Notes: a model not told the origin generated them from the letters alone. A stretch of 64,000 bases of DNA from a candidate division WOR-3 bacterium (GCA_039803205.1 JBDRYB010000001.1:64001-128000), one strand, 5' to 3'; shown: positions 1 to 10,860, numbered from the stretch's first letter. Numbers and translations: made by a program.

Positions 1-237
1 AAGGGCGCGCAGGGTCGCACTTTTCCCTATGGCCATCGCCCCCTCGGCGGTGAGCTTCCAGCCATCTGAGGTTCTCTGTGCTAGCTTTATCCCAGTTCTC
101 AGGATAGGCCCTTTGATCTCGTGGGCTTCCGGCGTTGAAATCCAGGCCTCCTTGCCCTGGACCCTTATCGCCAATCCCTCCCAGAATCCCCCGGGAATTC
201 CGAATCTCTCTGAGAGGGGTCTCGTTATCTCTTTCAA
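1..237 (-). CDS. Partial (runs off window start): RsmF/NOL1 C-terminal PUA-like RNA-binding protein
   Basis: Not in the ORF track. A TTG at 237 overlaps the upstream TGA and reads LKEITRPLSERFGIPGGFWEG...GIKLAQRTSDGWKLTAEGAMAIGKSATLRAL, resembling standalone NOL1/NOP2/fmu-associated PUA-like proteins. Confidence 0.55.
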   Translation of the reverse strand, partial: MKEITRPLSERFGIPGGFWEGLAIRVQGKEAWISTPEAHEIKGPILRTGIKLAQRTSDGWKLTAEGAMAIGKSATLRAL

Positions 238-449
238 TATGCTACCGAACCACCGCTCTGCCTATAGGGCCGTATCCATCGGCTGTTACTTCCTCGGCTT
301 GCAGGGAGAGTGAAGTTACCCTTTAGCACATATCTCGCATACTGGGCAAATGGGGTCGCGCGGACATCAGCCTCCTTATGATCGGTCCATCCGAGGCCAG
401 TTTTCATTCCCGTGTCCGTAAGAGGGATCAGAGCAAAAAGATATACCAT
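234..449 (-). CDS. Small hypothetical protein (71 aa)
   Basis: GGAGG SD 6 nt before the ATG at 449; the stop overlaps the next start (TTGA). Confidence 0.5.
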   Translation of the reverse strand: MVYLFALIPLTDTGMKTGLGWTDHKEADVRATPFAQYARYVLKGNFTLPASRGSNSRWIRPYRQSGGSVAY

Positions 450-677
450 CAAAAACCTCCCGTCTGTCCAAGGGTAATTAATTATGGAGCTTTGGAAATA
501 GGCCACGCAAATTGTTGTATCCCGTAAGGAAGGGTTTCGGATTCACGAAGGACCCAAACAGCCGTGGGGCCGGGAACAAATTCTGGAAACCGGAGTCAAA
601 TGGAGAAAGGGGTTGATCCTTGACAGAGGATATACTTTATACTTTGGGTCTAAACCTAAACCGAAAGGAGGAACAGG

Positions 678-2465
678 ATGTTGTATAACATAGCTTTGGC
701 CGTGGCCGTGGCTTACCCATCGGCTTTCGGGCCATCAGGATACTACGATGTGATATCGCCCTCAGTGATGGAAAGGTTTGAGAACCGGGCCTCTCTGACG
801 GTCGGCGGCTACTTCGGGTACATAGGAGGAACCTTCTGGGAGTATGAGAACTACGGAGGCGCTTCTGAGGAAGAGGTCATTTACCTCGGGAGGGCTGGCG
901 TCTGCTACACTCCGTCGGACTGGTTTGAGATATTCTCCTTGCTCAGAGCTATTGAGTGGTATCCTGGCGCTGGATCGGATGGCATAGGAGGCTTCTCCGA
1001 CGCGGATCTCGGAATGAAGATAAGGCTCTTCAAGGCAGGCATGCTCACGACCGGAATAATGGGCGTTCTCACCTTGCCCACGGGCGAAACCCAGACATCT
1101 CCAATAGTTGTAGGCGGGAACAACCTCGGGACCTTCGTGATAACCGACAACGAACTGATATACGGTGGTTCTGTCTTGGCTGAGTTGGATTTCGGCAAGA
1201 TCCACGATCTCACTGCTTTCCGCATAGCCCTGAACGCTGGATATTACACCGGAGGCGGATATGTCCCTGCTGGTGGAAAAGATACCATGGCTGATCCCCT
1301 GAGGCTCGGGGGGGCATTCATCCTCTCATCTCGCTACTTGGACTACATCGTGGAGGCCAAGTATTACGGAAGAACGAGCATGAAGGATAAGGCCTTCGTG
1401 ACGCCAGCGCTCAGACTCAGGCCTTTTGAGGGAATTGGGCTTTCAGTCCTGGGCGGCGTCAACCTCAACACCACATACTATGTGCCCGAGAATCACTACG
1501 AGTGGAACTACGATGTGGTAATGGGCATAGGCCTCATCACCCCTCTCTTCAAGACAGAGGAGCTGGCGCCTGGCGGCGGCGTGATGGGCAAGGTGTTTGA
1601 TTCAAGGACAAAGGAACCCCTGAAAGCCAAGGTAAAGGTCGTTGAGGCAAACATGACCCTGGAGTCCGACACCAACGGCATCGTCCGGATAAAGCACCTG
1701 CCTGAGGGCGTCTACACCCTCGTGGCTGAGAAGGATGGATACCGCAAGACCTACTCCCTGGTCAACATCAAGCGCAGGTCCCAGAACATGGTTGAGCTTC
1801 CCATGGACCCCGCGGCCGTCCTGGTTAAGGGAATAGTGATAGACTCCCTGACATCCGGAGTGGTTGAGGGAGCGAAGGTGGCTTTTGCTGGACCGGAGTC
1901 CAAGGAGGTGACATCCGGTGCCGCGGAGTTTGAGGTCTCGCTCAAGCCCGGAGCCTATTGGGTCTCTGCTTCAAAGGAGGGCTACTTCACGAAATACATG
2001 GATGTTGCCCTTTACGAGCCGAAGTTCGTGAAGATAGTCATTGGAAGGCCCATGATCCGCGAGCCAAAGCTCATAGAGACCGTCAACTTCGCGACCGCCT
2101 CCGCGGTCCTCTCGTCCAGCGACAAGGCCAAGCTGGACAAGGTTGGCAAGATGCTTCAGGAGGACCCAGCGGCCATAATCGTGATAACGGGCCACACGGA
2201 CAGGCACGGCTCAGTGTTCTACAACGAGCTCCTCTCAGAGAAGCGCGCCAAGGCTGTCAAGGATTACCTGGCTTCAAAGTATGACATACCTGATGAAAGG
2301 ATGAGGATTGACTGGTATTCCGAGTTCCAAAAGGCCGGGAGCTCTGACTCCGGAAACCGCAGGGTTGAGATATACCTGCTCAAGCCCATAGAGGCTGAAA
2401 AGGCCAAACCCGAGGAGAAACCAAAAGAGGGCGGCAAGGAGCAACCCAAGGAAGGCGGCAAGTAG
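678..2465 (+). CDS. OmpA-family outer-membrane protein (N-terminal beta-barrel-like region, 2 carboxypeptidase-regulatory-like domains, OmpA_C)
   Basis: SD AGGAGG; GKVFDSRTKEPL and GIVIDSLTSGVVEGA domains; C-terminal NFATAS...ITGHTD...NELLSEKRAKAVKDYL...NRRVEI. Confidence 0.85.
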   Translation: MLYNIALAVAVAYPSAFGPSGYYDVISPSVMERFENRASLTVGGYFGYIGGTFWEYENYGGASEEEVIYLGRAGVCYTPSDWFEIFSLLRAIEWYPGAGSDGIGGFSDADLGMKIRLFKAGMLTTGIMGVLTLPTGETQTSPIVVGGNNLGTFVITDNELIYGGSVLAELDFGKIHDLTAFRIALNAGYYTGGGYVPAGGKDTMADPLRLGGAFILSSRYLDYIVEAKYYGRTSMKDKAFVTPALRLRPFEGIGLSVLGGVNLNTTYYVPENHYEWNYDVVMGIGLITPLFKTEELAPGGGVMGKVFDSRTKEPLKAKVKVVEANMTLESDTNGIVRIKHLPEGVYTLVAEKDGYRKTYSLVNIKRRSQNMVELPMDPAAVLVKGIVIDSLTSGVVEGAKVAFAGPESKEVTSGAAEFEVSLKPGAYWVSASKEGYFTKYMDVALYEPKFVKIVIGRPMIREPKLIETVNFATASAVLSSSDKAKLDKVGKMLQEDPAAIIVITGHTDRHGSVFYNELLSEKRAKAVKDYLASKYDIPDERMRIDWYSEFQKAGSSDSGNRRVEIYLLKPIEAEKAKPEEKPKEGGKEQPKEGGK

Positions 2466-2485
2466 CTGAAAACATTTTGAAAAAT

Positions 2486-2512
2486 AGGGCCGGCCGAAAG
2501 GTCGGCCTTTTT
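2486..2512 (+). terminator. Rho-independent terminator
   Basis: AGGGCCGGCC-GAAA-GGTCGGCCTT followed by a T-run, just after the ompA-like stop. Confidence 0.85.
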
Positions 2513-2546
2513 ATTATACCCGGAAGTATCCCTCGCTGACGCGGGG

Positions 2547-2576
2547 TTGAACCGGGTTTCCTCTCCGGTTTACCAT
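2547..2576 (+). promoter_or_regulatory. sigma70-like promoter, probably leaderless
   Basis: TTGAAC-N18-TACCAT, 7 nt before the TTG at 2584. Confidence 0.5.
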
Positions 2577-2583
2577 TTCGGTG

Positions 2584-3690
2584 TTGCGCATTCTGGTTGT
2601 CTCCATGGCCTACGGGTCTGGCCACACGATGGCCGCGCGAGCAATAGCCGACGCGCTTGAGGAAATGGACCCCGGGCTTGAAGTCATCCAGTTTGATGGG
2701 ATACTTGAGAGCAGTTCACGCATTGAAAGGTTTCCCCCTTCGTTCTACATATTCACCAACAAACACGCTCATTGGCTCTGGCACGCCTTCTACTACTGGC
2801 CGATATTTCGGACCCGGCTCTCCGAACAGCTCACCGAATACCTGTTCTCTCGCGGGATCATTGAGAAGATAAGGAATTTTGGCCCGGACGCGGTGATCTC
2901 AACCCACCTCTCCGCAACCAGGGCCTCTGTGAGGCTTGGTATCCCGACATTCGTGGTTATAACCGACTATGTGTTTCACCCGTTCGTTTTTTCCGACAAA
3001 GCGCGGGCATATTTTATTGCTTCCGAGGAGATAGAAAACGCTCTTATAGCCCGCGGTTTCCCCAGGGAAAGGATACACCTGACAGGCATCCCCATAAGGA
3101 GGATGTTTTGGAAAATGCCATCTCAGACGGCATCAAGGGCGAAGTTTGGGCTTCCGGCTGAGGACAAGATCGTTCTCCTCATGTCGGGCAATCAGGGCGT
3201 CACCCCTGTGGGTAGGATAGCTCGTGCGCTCAGGGATTCGGGCGCGTTCCTCCTCGTTGTAACTGGGAAAAACGAGCGCATGAGGAGGAGGATGAAAGCC
3301 CTTTTTGAGAAAAAGAAGATCAGAGGAAAGGCTATTGGCCATGTTGAGGACATGGCCAGCCTGTTGTCTGCTTGCGATGTGATCGTGACGAAGGGCGGCG
3401 GAATAATAAGCTCCGAGTGCTTGGCCGCGGGCCTACCCATGGTTTTCTATGACTGCATACCAGGCCAAGAAGAGGGGAACGCCAGGGTCATCTCTGAGTG
3501 GGGGGCTGGGGCGAGAGCCAGGAGCGCGGCAGAGGCCGCGGCGCTCATTAGGGAGATGATCACCGATCAGGCCAAGCTGGATCGGATAAAGGAGGCCGCA
3601 AGAGCCAGAGCAAAACCCCACGCGGCCCTGGATGTAGCGAAACGGGTTTTGGAATACTTGGGCTACCCCAAAACCCAGAATCAACCCTGA
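2584..3690 (+). CDS. MGDG synthase/UgtP-like diacylglycerol glycosyltransferase (GT28)
   Basis: YGSGHTMAARAI, VISTH, VVITDY, TGIPIR, TKGGGIISSE, IPGQEEGN motifs; start is 2581 or 2584. Confidence 0.85.
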   Translation: MRILVVSMAYGSGHTMAARAIADALEEMDPGLEVIQFDGILESSSRIERFPPSFYIFTNKHAHWLWHAFYYWPIFRTRLSEQLTEYLFSRGIIEKIRNFGPDAVISTHLSATRASVRLGIPTFVVITDYVFHPFVFSDKARAYFIASEEIENALIARGFPRERIHLTGIPIRRMFWKMPSQTASRAKFGLPAEDKIVLLMSGNQGVTPVGRIARALRDSGAFLLVVTGKNERMRRRMKALFEKKKIRGKAIGHVEDMASLLSACDVIVTKGGGIISSECLAAGLPMVFYDCIPGQEEGNARVISEWGAGARARSAAEAAALIREMITDQAKLDRIKEAARARAKPHAALDVAKRVLEYLGYPKTQNQP

Positions 3691-3706
3691 GCTATCGTAT
3701 GATAGC

Positions 3707-4240
3707 CTACTTCACGATATTGAACCTCATCCCTCCGCGGAAGAATACGGTTATATAGGTATCCGAACCACCATCCGAACCCGATATGGAGAAGCCGTCA
3801 ATCAACGCGCCTCCCTCCCCGAAAAACCTCATGGGAGATTTCTTCCCAAGGGGGAAGGATGCCCCTGCGCCTGCCTTGAGGCCATAGTTAAGGTCTCCGG
3901 CTAGGCTAATGAAATAGAGGCCTCCGAGCACATAAGGACTCATCTTGTATTTACCGGTCTTCTGCTTCGTGAAGTAATATAGGGCATCGCAGGACGCGCC
4001 TTCGAATCCGCTAACCCCTGAGCCAAAGCCTATACGGTTAGGTCCATCTTTGTCCCTAATGAAATAAAGTATGCCCATTCTCATGTAGAGCTGATCCTGC
4101 ATGAGGTGCGCGAGGAACTTGGCCTCCGCGCCGTAGTATTTGGGCTGAGGGTCCTCAAGACCCATGTAGAAAACAGGGCCTACCTCTATGTCCATGGGCG
4201 TCGCAACGCCCGCTATCAGTGCTATAAGTATTTCTGACAT
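3707..4240 (-). CDS. Small outer-membrane beta-barrel-like protein
   Basis: GGAGG SD; alternating Gly/aromatic strands (SPYVLGG, FFGEGG), ending GGMRFNIVK. Confidence 0.6.
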   Translation of the reverse strand: MSEILIALIAGVATPMDIEVGPVFYMGLEDPQPKYYGAEAKFLAHLMQDQLYMRMGILYFIRDKDGPNRIGFGSGVSGFEGASCDALYYFTKQKTGKYKMSPYVLGGLYFISLAGDLNYGLKAGAGASFPLGKKSPMRFFGEGGALIDGFSISGSDGGSDTYITVFFRGGMRFNIVK

Positions 4241-4318
4241 CATAACCTCCAAAAAGGTTTGTAGCTCGCTCATTGATTAGACACCACGGGCCTGAAAATT
4301 GTTTCCAGGCTCCCTTAT

Positions 4319-5422
4319 TCATCCTTCCTCCAAGATGCCCCTTAGCCATCTCTCGGTCTCCTCCGCGGCTCTTTCCCAGGAGAACTGAGATGCCCAGGCC
4401 CTCGCCTCAGAGGACATCCGGGCCCGAAGGTCTTGGTCCAGGAGCAAGTCCCGGAGGGCTTTCGCCAGGCCATTGAGGTCTCCAAAGGGAACGAGGAACC
4501 CTGTTTTTCCAGGGGCAAGGGATTCCCTTATTCCCGGCACATCAAAAGCAACGACAGGGGTTCCGGAGGCCTGGGCCTCCGTGTTGACCAGGCCCCAACC
4601 CTCCTTCACCGATGTGTTTATCAGCACCCACGCGCCGGAAAGGAGCTTGGACTTATCTTCCTGGGGTATGAACCCGTGGAATGTGGTGTATGCACTCATC
4701 CCTCTCCTTCTGGCAAAGGCCTCAAGCGCTGGCCTGTATTCCCCATCGCCTATTATGTGAAATCTCAGGGGAACGCTCTCAGCAACCCGAGCAACCGCCT
4801 CCATTGACAGCTCTATCTTCTTGTATTTCTTCAGCCTGCCCACATATACAACGGTTGGCTCCGGAAACTTCTCTGTTGGCCTATACCTTTCGGTGTCCAC
4901 CCCTGAATATATTATCTTTATATCATCCCTCCGAAATCCCCATCTCACCAGGTCCTCCCTCGTGCTCTCGGAGATCACGGCGAAAGGCAAGCCCTTGTAG
5001 CAATATCTAATGCTTATCTCGTAAAGATAAACATAGAGCGCTAAGGGGAAGGGCAGCTCCTGGAATATGGTTTTGCCGAAGAAATGCATGGCCATGCAGG
5101 CTATCTTCGGCCCTCTGACGAACCTCCTCGCGTAGAACGGCAGTTTGTTGAGGTCCTCAATTACCAGATCGAAGCCCTCGCGGGCGAATTCCTTCTTGTA
5201 AATGCCGGGGAGCTGATAGTTAAAGATGTTCCGGGAGCCGCGCCTGTGAACCATTATCCCATCCATCTCCTCGTCCCCAGGGAGACCCGGCACCCCGCAT
5301 ACTACGAGGTGGACATCGTGCCCCTTCCTGGCGATCCTGCCAAATACCTCGTGGAGATAAACCTCAGCCCCCCCTCCAAAGGGATTTTTTATGTCCTGCC
5401 AGTTTATAACCAGAACCTTCAA
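4319..5422 (-). CDS. Glycosyltransferase family 4
   Basis: NPFGGGAEVY, YVGRLKKYK, KEGWGLVNTEAQASGTPVVA. Confidence 0.9.
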   Translation of the reverse strand: MKVLVINWQDIKNPFGGGAEVYLHEVFGRIARKGHDVHLVVCGVPGLPGDEEMDGIMVHRRGSRNIFNYQLPGIYKKEFAREGFDLVIEDLNKLPFYARRFVRGPKIACMAMHFFGKTIFQELPFPLALYVYLYEISIRYCYKGLPFAVISESTREDLVRWGFRRDDIKIIYSGVDTERYRPTEKFPEPTVVYVGRLKKYKKIELSMEAVARVAESVPLRFHIIGDGEYRPALEAFARRRGMSAYTTFHGFIPQEDKSKLLSGAWVLINTSVKEGWGLVNTEAQASGTPVVAFDVPGIRESLAPGKTGFLVPFGDLNGLAKALRDLLLDQDLRARMSSEARAWASQFSWERAAEETERWLRGILEEG

Positions 5423-5463
5423 GCACAAAGCATATCGCAGGGAAGCGTCCTAAAACAAGCTGG

Positions 5464-6105
5464 TTATTGATACCGTCCGCCCTTCTTCTCAGCCTTCGCC
5501 TTCAGTAGTTTGAGCCTGAATGTATCCTCCCTCCCCCTGTCCTCAAGAACCTGCCTTATGAAGGCGATCTCACCATCAAGGTCCGGAATTATCTTCTGTT
5601 CAAGAGCGTTGACGCGCCGGGTCGTCTTCTTTATCTCCAGGCCCATCTTCTTGAGCTTGATCTCCGTTGGGACCAGGGCCAAAACAGCCTCAAGTAGCCT
5701 CTCAAACTCCTCTGCTGTCCAATCTATCCTGCTCGTTATGGAAAATGGGGAGTATCCCCTGGCGAGAAGCCCCTTGGTCGCGGCGCCCGGCTCAAGGGAT
5801 GGAAGATGAACCCCCCAGACCTTCCTATCCTTGATTTCAACGGATAGATCCGCGCCAGAAGCCATGCCTGCCGAGGCGAGAGCCTCCGGACCATCAATGC
5901 CCATGGCCACAGCCAGGGCCGAAAGGGCCTTTCTGGTTCTCTCGCTCAGGTCCCTCCGCTGAGCGAGAAGCGGTTTTATCAGGGCCATGAACTCCGCCAG
6001 AAGTGCCTCGCGTTTGTTCCTCAGGAGGCTCGCGCCATCTGTCGCGAGCTTGCGCTGGCGTTTTTTAGCCAGGAGGACCATCCTCGTTGGGGTTATCCTT
6101 GCCAC
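5464..6105 (-). CDS. ntpD: V/A-type ATP synthase subunit D
   Basis: PTRMVL...LLRNKREAL...EIKKTTRRVNALEQKIIP...REDTFRLK. Confidence 0.92.
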   Translation of the reverse strand: MARITPTRMVLLAKKRQRKLATDGASLLRNKREALLAEFMALIKPLLAQRRDLSERTRKALSALAVAMGIDGPEALASAGMASGADLSVEIKDRKVWGVHLPSLEPGAATKGLLARGYSPFSITSRIDWTAEEFERLLEAVLALVPTEIKLKKMGLEIKKTTRRVNALEQKIIPDLDGEIAFIRQVLEDRGREDTFRLKLLKAKAEKKGGRYQ

Positions 6106-6158
6106 AGGCCGAAAAATCTAATGCAAGGTGGCAATAAGTTGCAAGGCCGGGGTTATAA

Positions 6159-7454
<1,296 letters not shown>

Positions 7455-7793
7455 TTGGCGAGAAAGGGAAGGACAAGGGCGGTTCTCAGGTGGTTTCTCA
7501 TCCTGGGCGGGTTTATCTTTGTTTACTACATTGGAACAACCCTCTATGGCCTCATCCGGGTGAAGATTGAACACGCCAAAACCCAAAAAGAATTGCTTCA
7601 CCTCAGGGCAAGGACCCTTGCTCTTGAAGCACGAAGGGAGGCCCTAAAGGACCCTGAAGTAATAAAAATGATAGCTGAGAGAAGGCTCGGGATGAGGCTC
7701 AGAAACCCCGTGAACCCAGTGGACAGCCTGAGGGGTGATAGCGCGGCTGGACATGGCCCGGATTCGGAGAAATCTCCAGCGCCAAAGCCGTGA
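7455..7793 (+). CDS. ftsB: Septum formation initiator (FtsB/DivIC family)
   Basis: Single TM helix plus coiled coil, LKDPEVIKMIAERRLGM; conserved eno-ftsB adjacency. Confidence 0.75.
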   Translation: MARKGRTRAVLRWFLILGGFIFVYYIGTTLYGLIRVKIEHAKTQKELLHLRARTLALEARREALKDPEVIKMIAERRLGMRLRNPVNPVDSLRGDSAAGHGPDSEKSPAPKP

Positions 7794-7794
7794 A

Positions 7795-8484
7795 CTACTG
7801 AGCCAATCTCAGGCCCCAGGCCGCTATCTCAGTATCACCAGCTAGGATCGCGCCCAAAACCCCATCTTGGCCCTTTATAGCCTCCATGGCCTCGCGAACA
7901 GGAACCCCGGGGCCCAGCTCGTTTCCGAGCCTCGTTGCCCACGCATCTGCCAGAGCACCTGATTCCGCGACAACGGTAGCGGCCCAGGCATTGCCCAGGC
8001 TGAGAGAGGGGCCTAATCTGCCTGAGGATGTCGCTATTCCCCACCTCCCTGGGGGGATAACGAGCCTCAGGCTGGGGAGCTTCGGGTTGCCGATGAATGC
8101 CTCAGCGACCCTTTCCTCTCCTGTCCTAATGAAGACATCTCCACCGTTTTCTATGGCCATATCGCCTTCGTAGGCCTGGCATATCTCCTCAGCAAAGGCC
8201 CCAGCGACCCCTGCCATTGGGCCGACCCCAGCGGCTTCAGCCGCGCTACACATCTTTGCCACTATATCAGGAACAGGTGGAGATGGATCAACCGGCTCAA
8301 GGCTCATCTTGAATATGGGATGCCTAGCGATATACCCCTCTAGCTCAGACCAGAGCTCCTTCAATCTCTCGCAAGCTGGTCCAGAGGGGATGGGCTCCTC
8401 CGATAAAAGGAGGATATCGGAGTGTCTGTAGACTATCCTGATGGCATGCCGCCAACCGGAGACCCTTCCCCTGTATGGTTTCAT
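7795..8484 (-). CDS. UPF0280/ApbE-like protein (COG2122)
   Basis: GVGPMAGVAG, ENGGDVF, ATSSGRLGPSLSLG, ADAWATRLGN. Confidence 0.85.
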   Translation of the reverse strand: MKPYRGRVSGWRHAIRIVYRHSDILLLSEEPIPSGPACERLKELWSELEGYIARHPIFKMSLEPVDPSPPVPDIVAKMCSAAEAAGVGPMAGVAGAFAEEICQAYEGDMAIENGGDVFIRTGEERVAEAFIGNPKLPSLRLVIPPGRWGIATSSGRLGPSLSLGNAWAATVVAESGALADAWATRLGNELGPGVPVREAMEAIKGQDGVLGAILAGDTEIAAWGLRLAQ

Positions 8485-8864
8485 TCAAGCGCCTCAAGAG
8501 CCTGAGTGGGGCAGGAATCTATGCAGAATAGGCAAAAAAAGCAGGCATCCGGGTCAAATTGAAGCGCGTCGTTCTTCATGTGGAGGGCACCAGATAGGCA
8601 AACACCAACGCAACTCCCGCAGTCAACGCATCGCTCCTCATGCCGAACTATCTTTTCAGCCAGGGGGATAACCGAGACCCCCGCGGCCTCCAGCCACTCA
8701 ATTGCTGGGCCCGCGTCCTCAGGTATATCTACTACCATCTCACCGATCTCCCGAGGGCTAACGCTCGCCCGCAGGATGTTTATCTCAACGCCCTTCTCCC
8801 TTATCAGGGCTGAGATTATTGGCTTGTCCAAAAGCTGGCTTGGAAACCTGAGAAATAGTTTCAT
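8481..8864 (-). CDS. NIL-domain 2[4Fe-4S] ferredoxin
   Basis: NILRASV; CVDCGSCVGVC and CFFCLFCIDSCP; GGAGG SD. Confidence 0.9.
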   Translation of the reverse strand: MKLFLRFPSQLLDKPIISALIREKGVEINILRASVSPREIGEMVVDIPEDAGPAIEWLEAAGVSVIPLAEKIVRHEERCVDCGSCVGVCLSGALHMKNDALQFDPDACFFCLFCIDSCPTQALEALE

Positions 8865-8865
8865 T

Positions 8866-10011
8866 TCACGCCTCCAGGTTCCTGATCTGGCCATCCACCG
8901 GAAGGGGAGCTGTTCGCTCGGATAGCCTGAACACGCCTCTCCTGATCCACTCCCTGAGGGTTTCCGCGACCTTCCTTGAGAGCCTCATGCTCGTCCGAGA
9001 GCCTGTTTTTACCGGTTTTCCCATTATCTCAACATAGCCGGATCTGAGCTCTCGGTATGAGACGAGTTTTACCCGGGGCCTTGCCCTTCTCGGGATTCCG
9101 TAGTCAAGAATGGCTGTCTTGATGAGGCTATCGGGCCTTGAGGCGGACTCAGCTATATCCTCGTCAAGTATGGGTATTGCGGTTCCTATGCCAAGAAAAA
9201 GGCTAATTCCGTATCCCGGGATGTAGGCGGCCCTCAGGAACTCAGCGCTCATCTCCTTCAGATTGCCAACAAGGGCAAGGGTCGCGCCGGGTGTGAGTGG
9301 CAGGCCGGACTCGTCCCTCATGGGGGATGCGTTGAACTGGGTTCCCTCCCAGGCAACATAGCCTATTGCTCCCCCGAGGAACACTCGCGTCCCTATGCCT
9401 ATGGTCCTCAGATCAGGGTCCTTCAGGAGGGGTGAGAGCTCCCCTGATGTGGCATACATGACATTCCCGTAGCCGGGGAGGAGTTTCCCCATGTATGTGT
9501 ATAGAACCCTCTCAGAGGAATTTGTGGCCGCTGGATAGTTCTGATACAGGTTTCTCGGGTTAAAGAGGAACGCCTGATTGATATCCTTCAGGGTTATCTC
9601 CGCCTCAACATGCTCCCTTGGATAGCAATCCGTGCGGGCCCCTCTTGCTGAGAGCCTAACCCTCTCGCCCCTCAAAAGGGCCTCTATCACATGCGCGCCG
9701 CCATACCGAGGGTCGCTCTCAGAGGCCTGGGTTGCTCCCATGTAAAGGTCAACCGCGGCAAGGCCGCCGTGCGCCTCAACCCCGTTCAGGAAAACCCTCT
9801 GGAGCTTAGCTGGAGGGTCGGTGTGGCCAGTGTTCAGGAAAAGGCCAGAACTGCACATCATTCCAAAAGTCCCTGTTGTCACAACATCAACCCTTTGGGC
9901 TATTGCCTTTGTCCCCTCTGATTCTCGGAGCCTCGCGGCCTCCTCGGCCGTGAGAACGACAACATCGCCTCTTGCTATTTTTTCGTTTATCTGCTCTATG
10001 GTTCTTCGCAT
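8866..10011 (-). CDS. DUF39/COG1900 homocysteine biosynthesis protein (aspartate semialdehyde sulfurtransferase-like, no CBS domains)
   Basis: RTIEQINEKI, VDVVTTGTFGMMCSSG, GGAHVIE, NPRNLYQNY, SGELSPLLKDP, TIGIGTR. Confidence 0.9.
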   Translation of the reverse strand: MRRTIEQINEKIARGDVVVLTAEEAARLRESEGTKAIAQRVDVVTTGTFGMMCSSGLFLNTGHTDPPAKLQRVFLNGVEAHGGLAAVDLYMGATQASESDPRYGGAHVIEALLRGERVRLSARGARTDCYPREHVEAEITLKDINQAFLFNPRNLYQNYPAATNSSERVLYTYMGKLLPGYGNVMYATSGELSPLLKDPDLRTIGIGTRVFLGGAIGYVAWEGTQFNASPMRDESGLPLTPGATLALVGNLKEMSAEFLRAAYIPGYGISLFLGIGTAIPILDEDIAESASRPDSLIKTAILDYGIPRRARPRVKLVSYRELRSGYVEIMGKPVKTGSRTSMRLSRKVAETLREWIRRGVFRLSERTAPLPVDGQIRNLEA

Positions 10012-10163
10012 AAAAACATCTCCTTTTGTCTTGGGTTTCTCAGGGGAGAGCGCAGTGTAGCTCGCGCCAGATCACGCGCCTGTCTGCGAAGCAGACCCAT
10101 GCCCCCGGCCCGGGGGCCGGAGAATGGCGCGCATGTCATAGGATCTCATTCGGTTGGGAGCAA

Positions 10164-10193
10164 ATTATGGATCAAGCGGAGGGAGAGATTCAA
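10164..10193 (-). promoter_or_regulatory. Promoter for the DUF39 operon
   Basis: TTGAAT-N18-CATAAT on the minus strand, implying a leader of about 145 nt. Confidence 0.5.
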
Positions 10194-10254
10194 CCTGAAG
10201 CAACAAGCTTTCTCTACTGGCAAAATGAGGACTCCAACCATTATAATATTCAGG

Positions 10255-10602
10255 ATGACTTCCCTTGATGTGCTTTGGGTGGCGGTAGCTTTCTCAGTGA
10301 TCCTTATTGCCGTTGGCCTTTTTATTGCCCTCTTGGAACTACGGAACCTACTCAGGGACGCCAGGAACACAGTTAGAATAACCAACGCGGAGCTTCCCGA
10401 CATTCTGAAAAGCCTGTCGGGAGCTGTGGAAGAAATAAGGGGGGCCGCGTCAAACCTAAACCTTATCACGGGCGGACTGGCCTCGGTCTCCGGGGCCATA
10501 TCTTCGGTATCAGAGAAATTGAAGGGTGGTTGGTTCGGGACAGGCTTGGCCGCAGGCATAGACCTCATTAGAAACCTATTCAGAAGGAGGAAAGAGAAAT
10601 GA
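10255..10602 (+). CDS. DUF948/YoxC-like membrane coiled-coil protein
   Basis: N-terminal TM helix plus helical region; TATAAT 7 nt before the ATG at 10255; paired with a YtxH-like gene. Confidence 0.65.
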   Translation: MTSLDVLWVAVAFSVILIAVGLFIALLELRNLLRDARNTVRITNAELPDILKSLSGAVEEIRGAASNLNLITGGLASVSGAISSVSEKLKGGWFGTGLAAGIDLIRNLFRRRKEK

Positions 10603-10814
10603 GCGATAGAGGCAGTTCAACCGGATGGGCCCTGGCGGGTTTTGCCCTGGGGGTCATAGTTGGGGCCGCTATAGGCGTGCTTCTAGCCCCGGCCTCCGGA
10701 GAAGAAACCAGGGAACGCCTGAAGGAGACCCTTGAAAAAGCAAAGGAGAAAGGCAAAGAGCTCGTTGAGAAGGCCAGGGAAAAGCTCTTTGAACAAGAAG
10801 AGGAAGAGGTATAG
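10599..10814 (+). CDS. YtxH-domain protein
   Basis: GFALGVIVGAAIGVLLAPASGEETRERL. Confidence 0.85.
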   Translation: MSDRGSSTGWALAGFALGVIVGAAIGVLLAPASGEETRERLKETLEKAKEKGKELVEKAREKLFEQEEEEV

Positions 10815-10860
10815 GCCACGGAGGCAGGCCATCGCTTTGTCTCCATAAGGAGAGTCTACC

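Noticed and set aside
613..643. TTGACA/TATACT promoter for the ompA-like gene
   Set aside because: TTGACA is only 12 nt from TATACT and TTGATC is 19 nt away. A promoter is likely but the elements cannot be assigned confidently.
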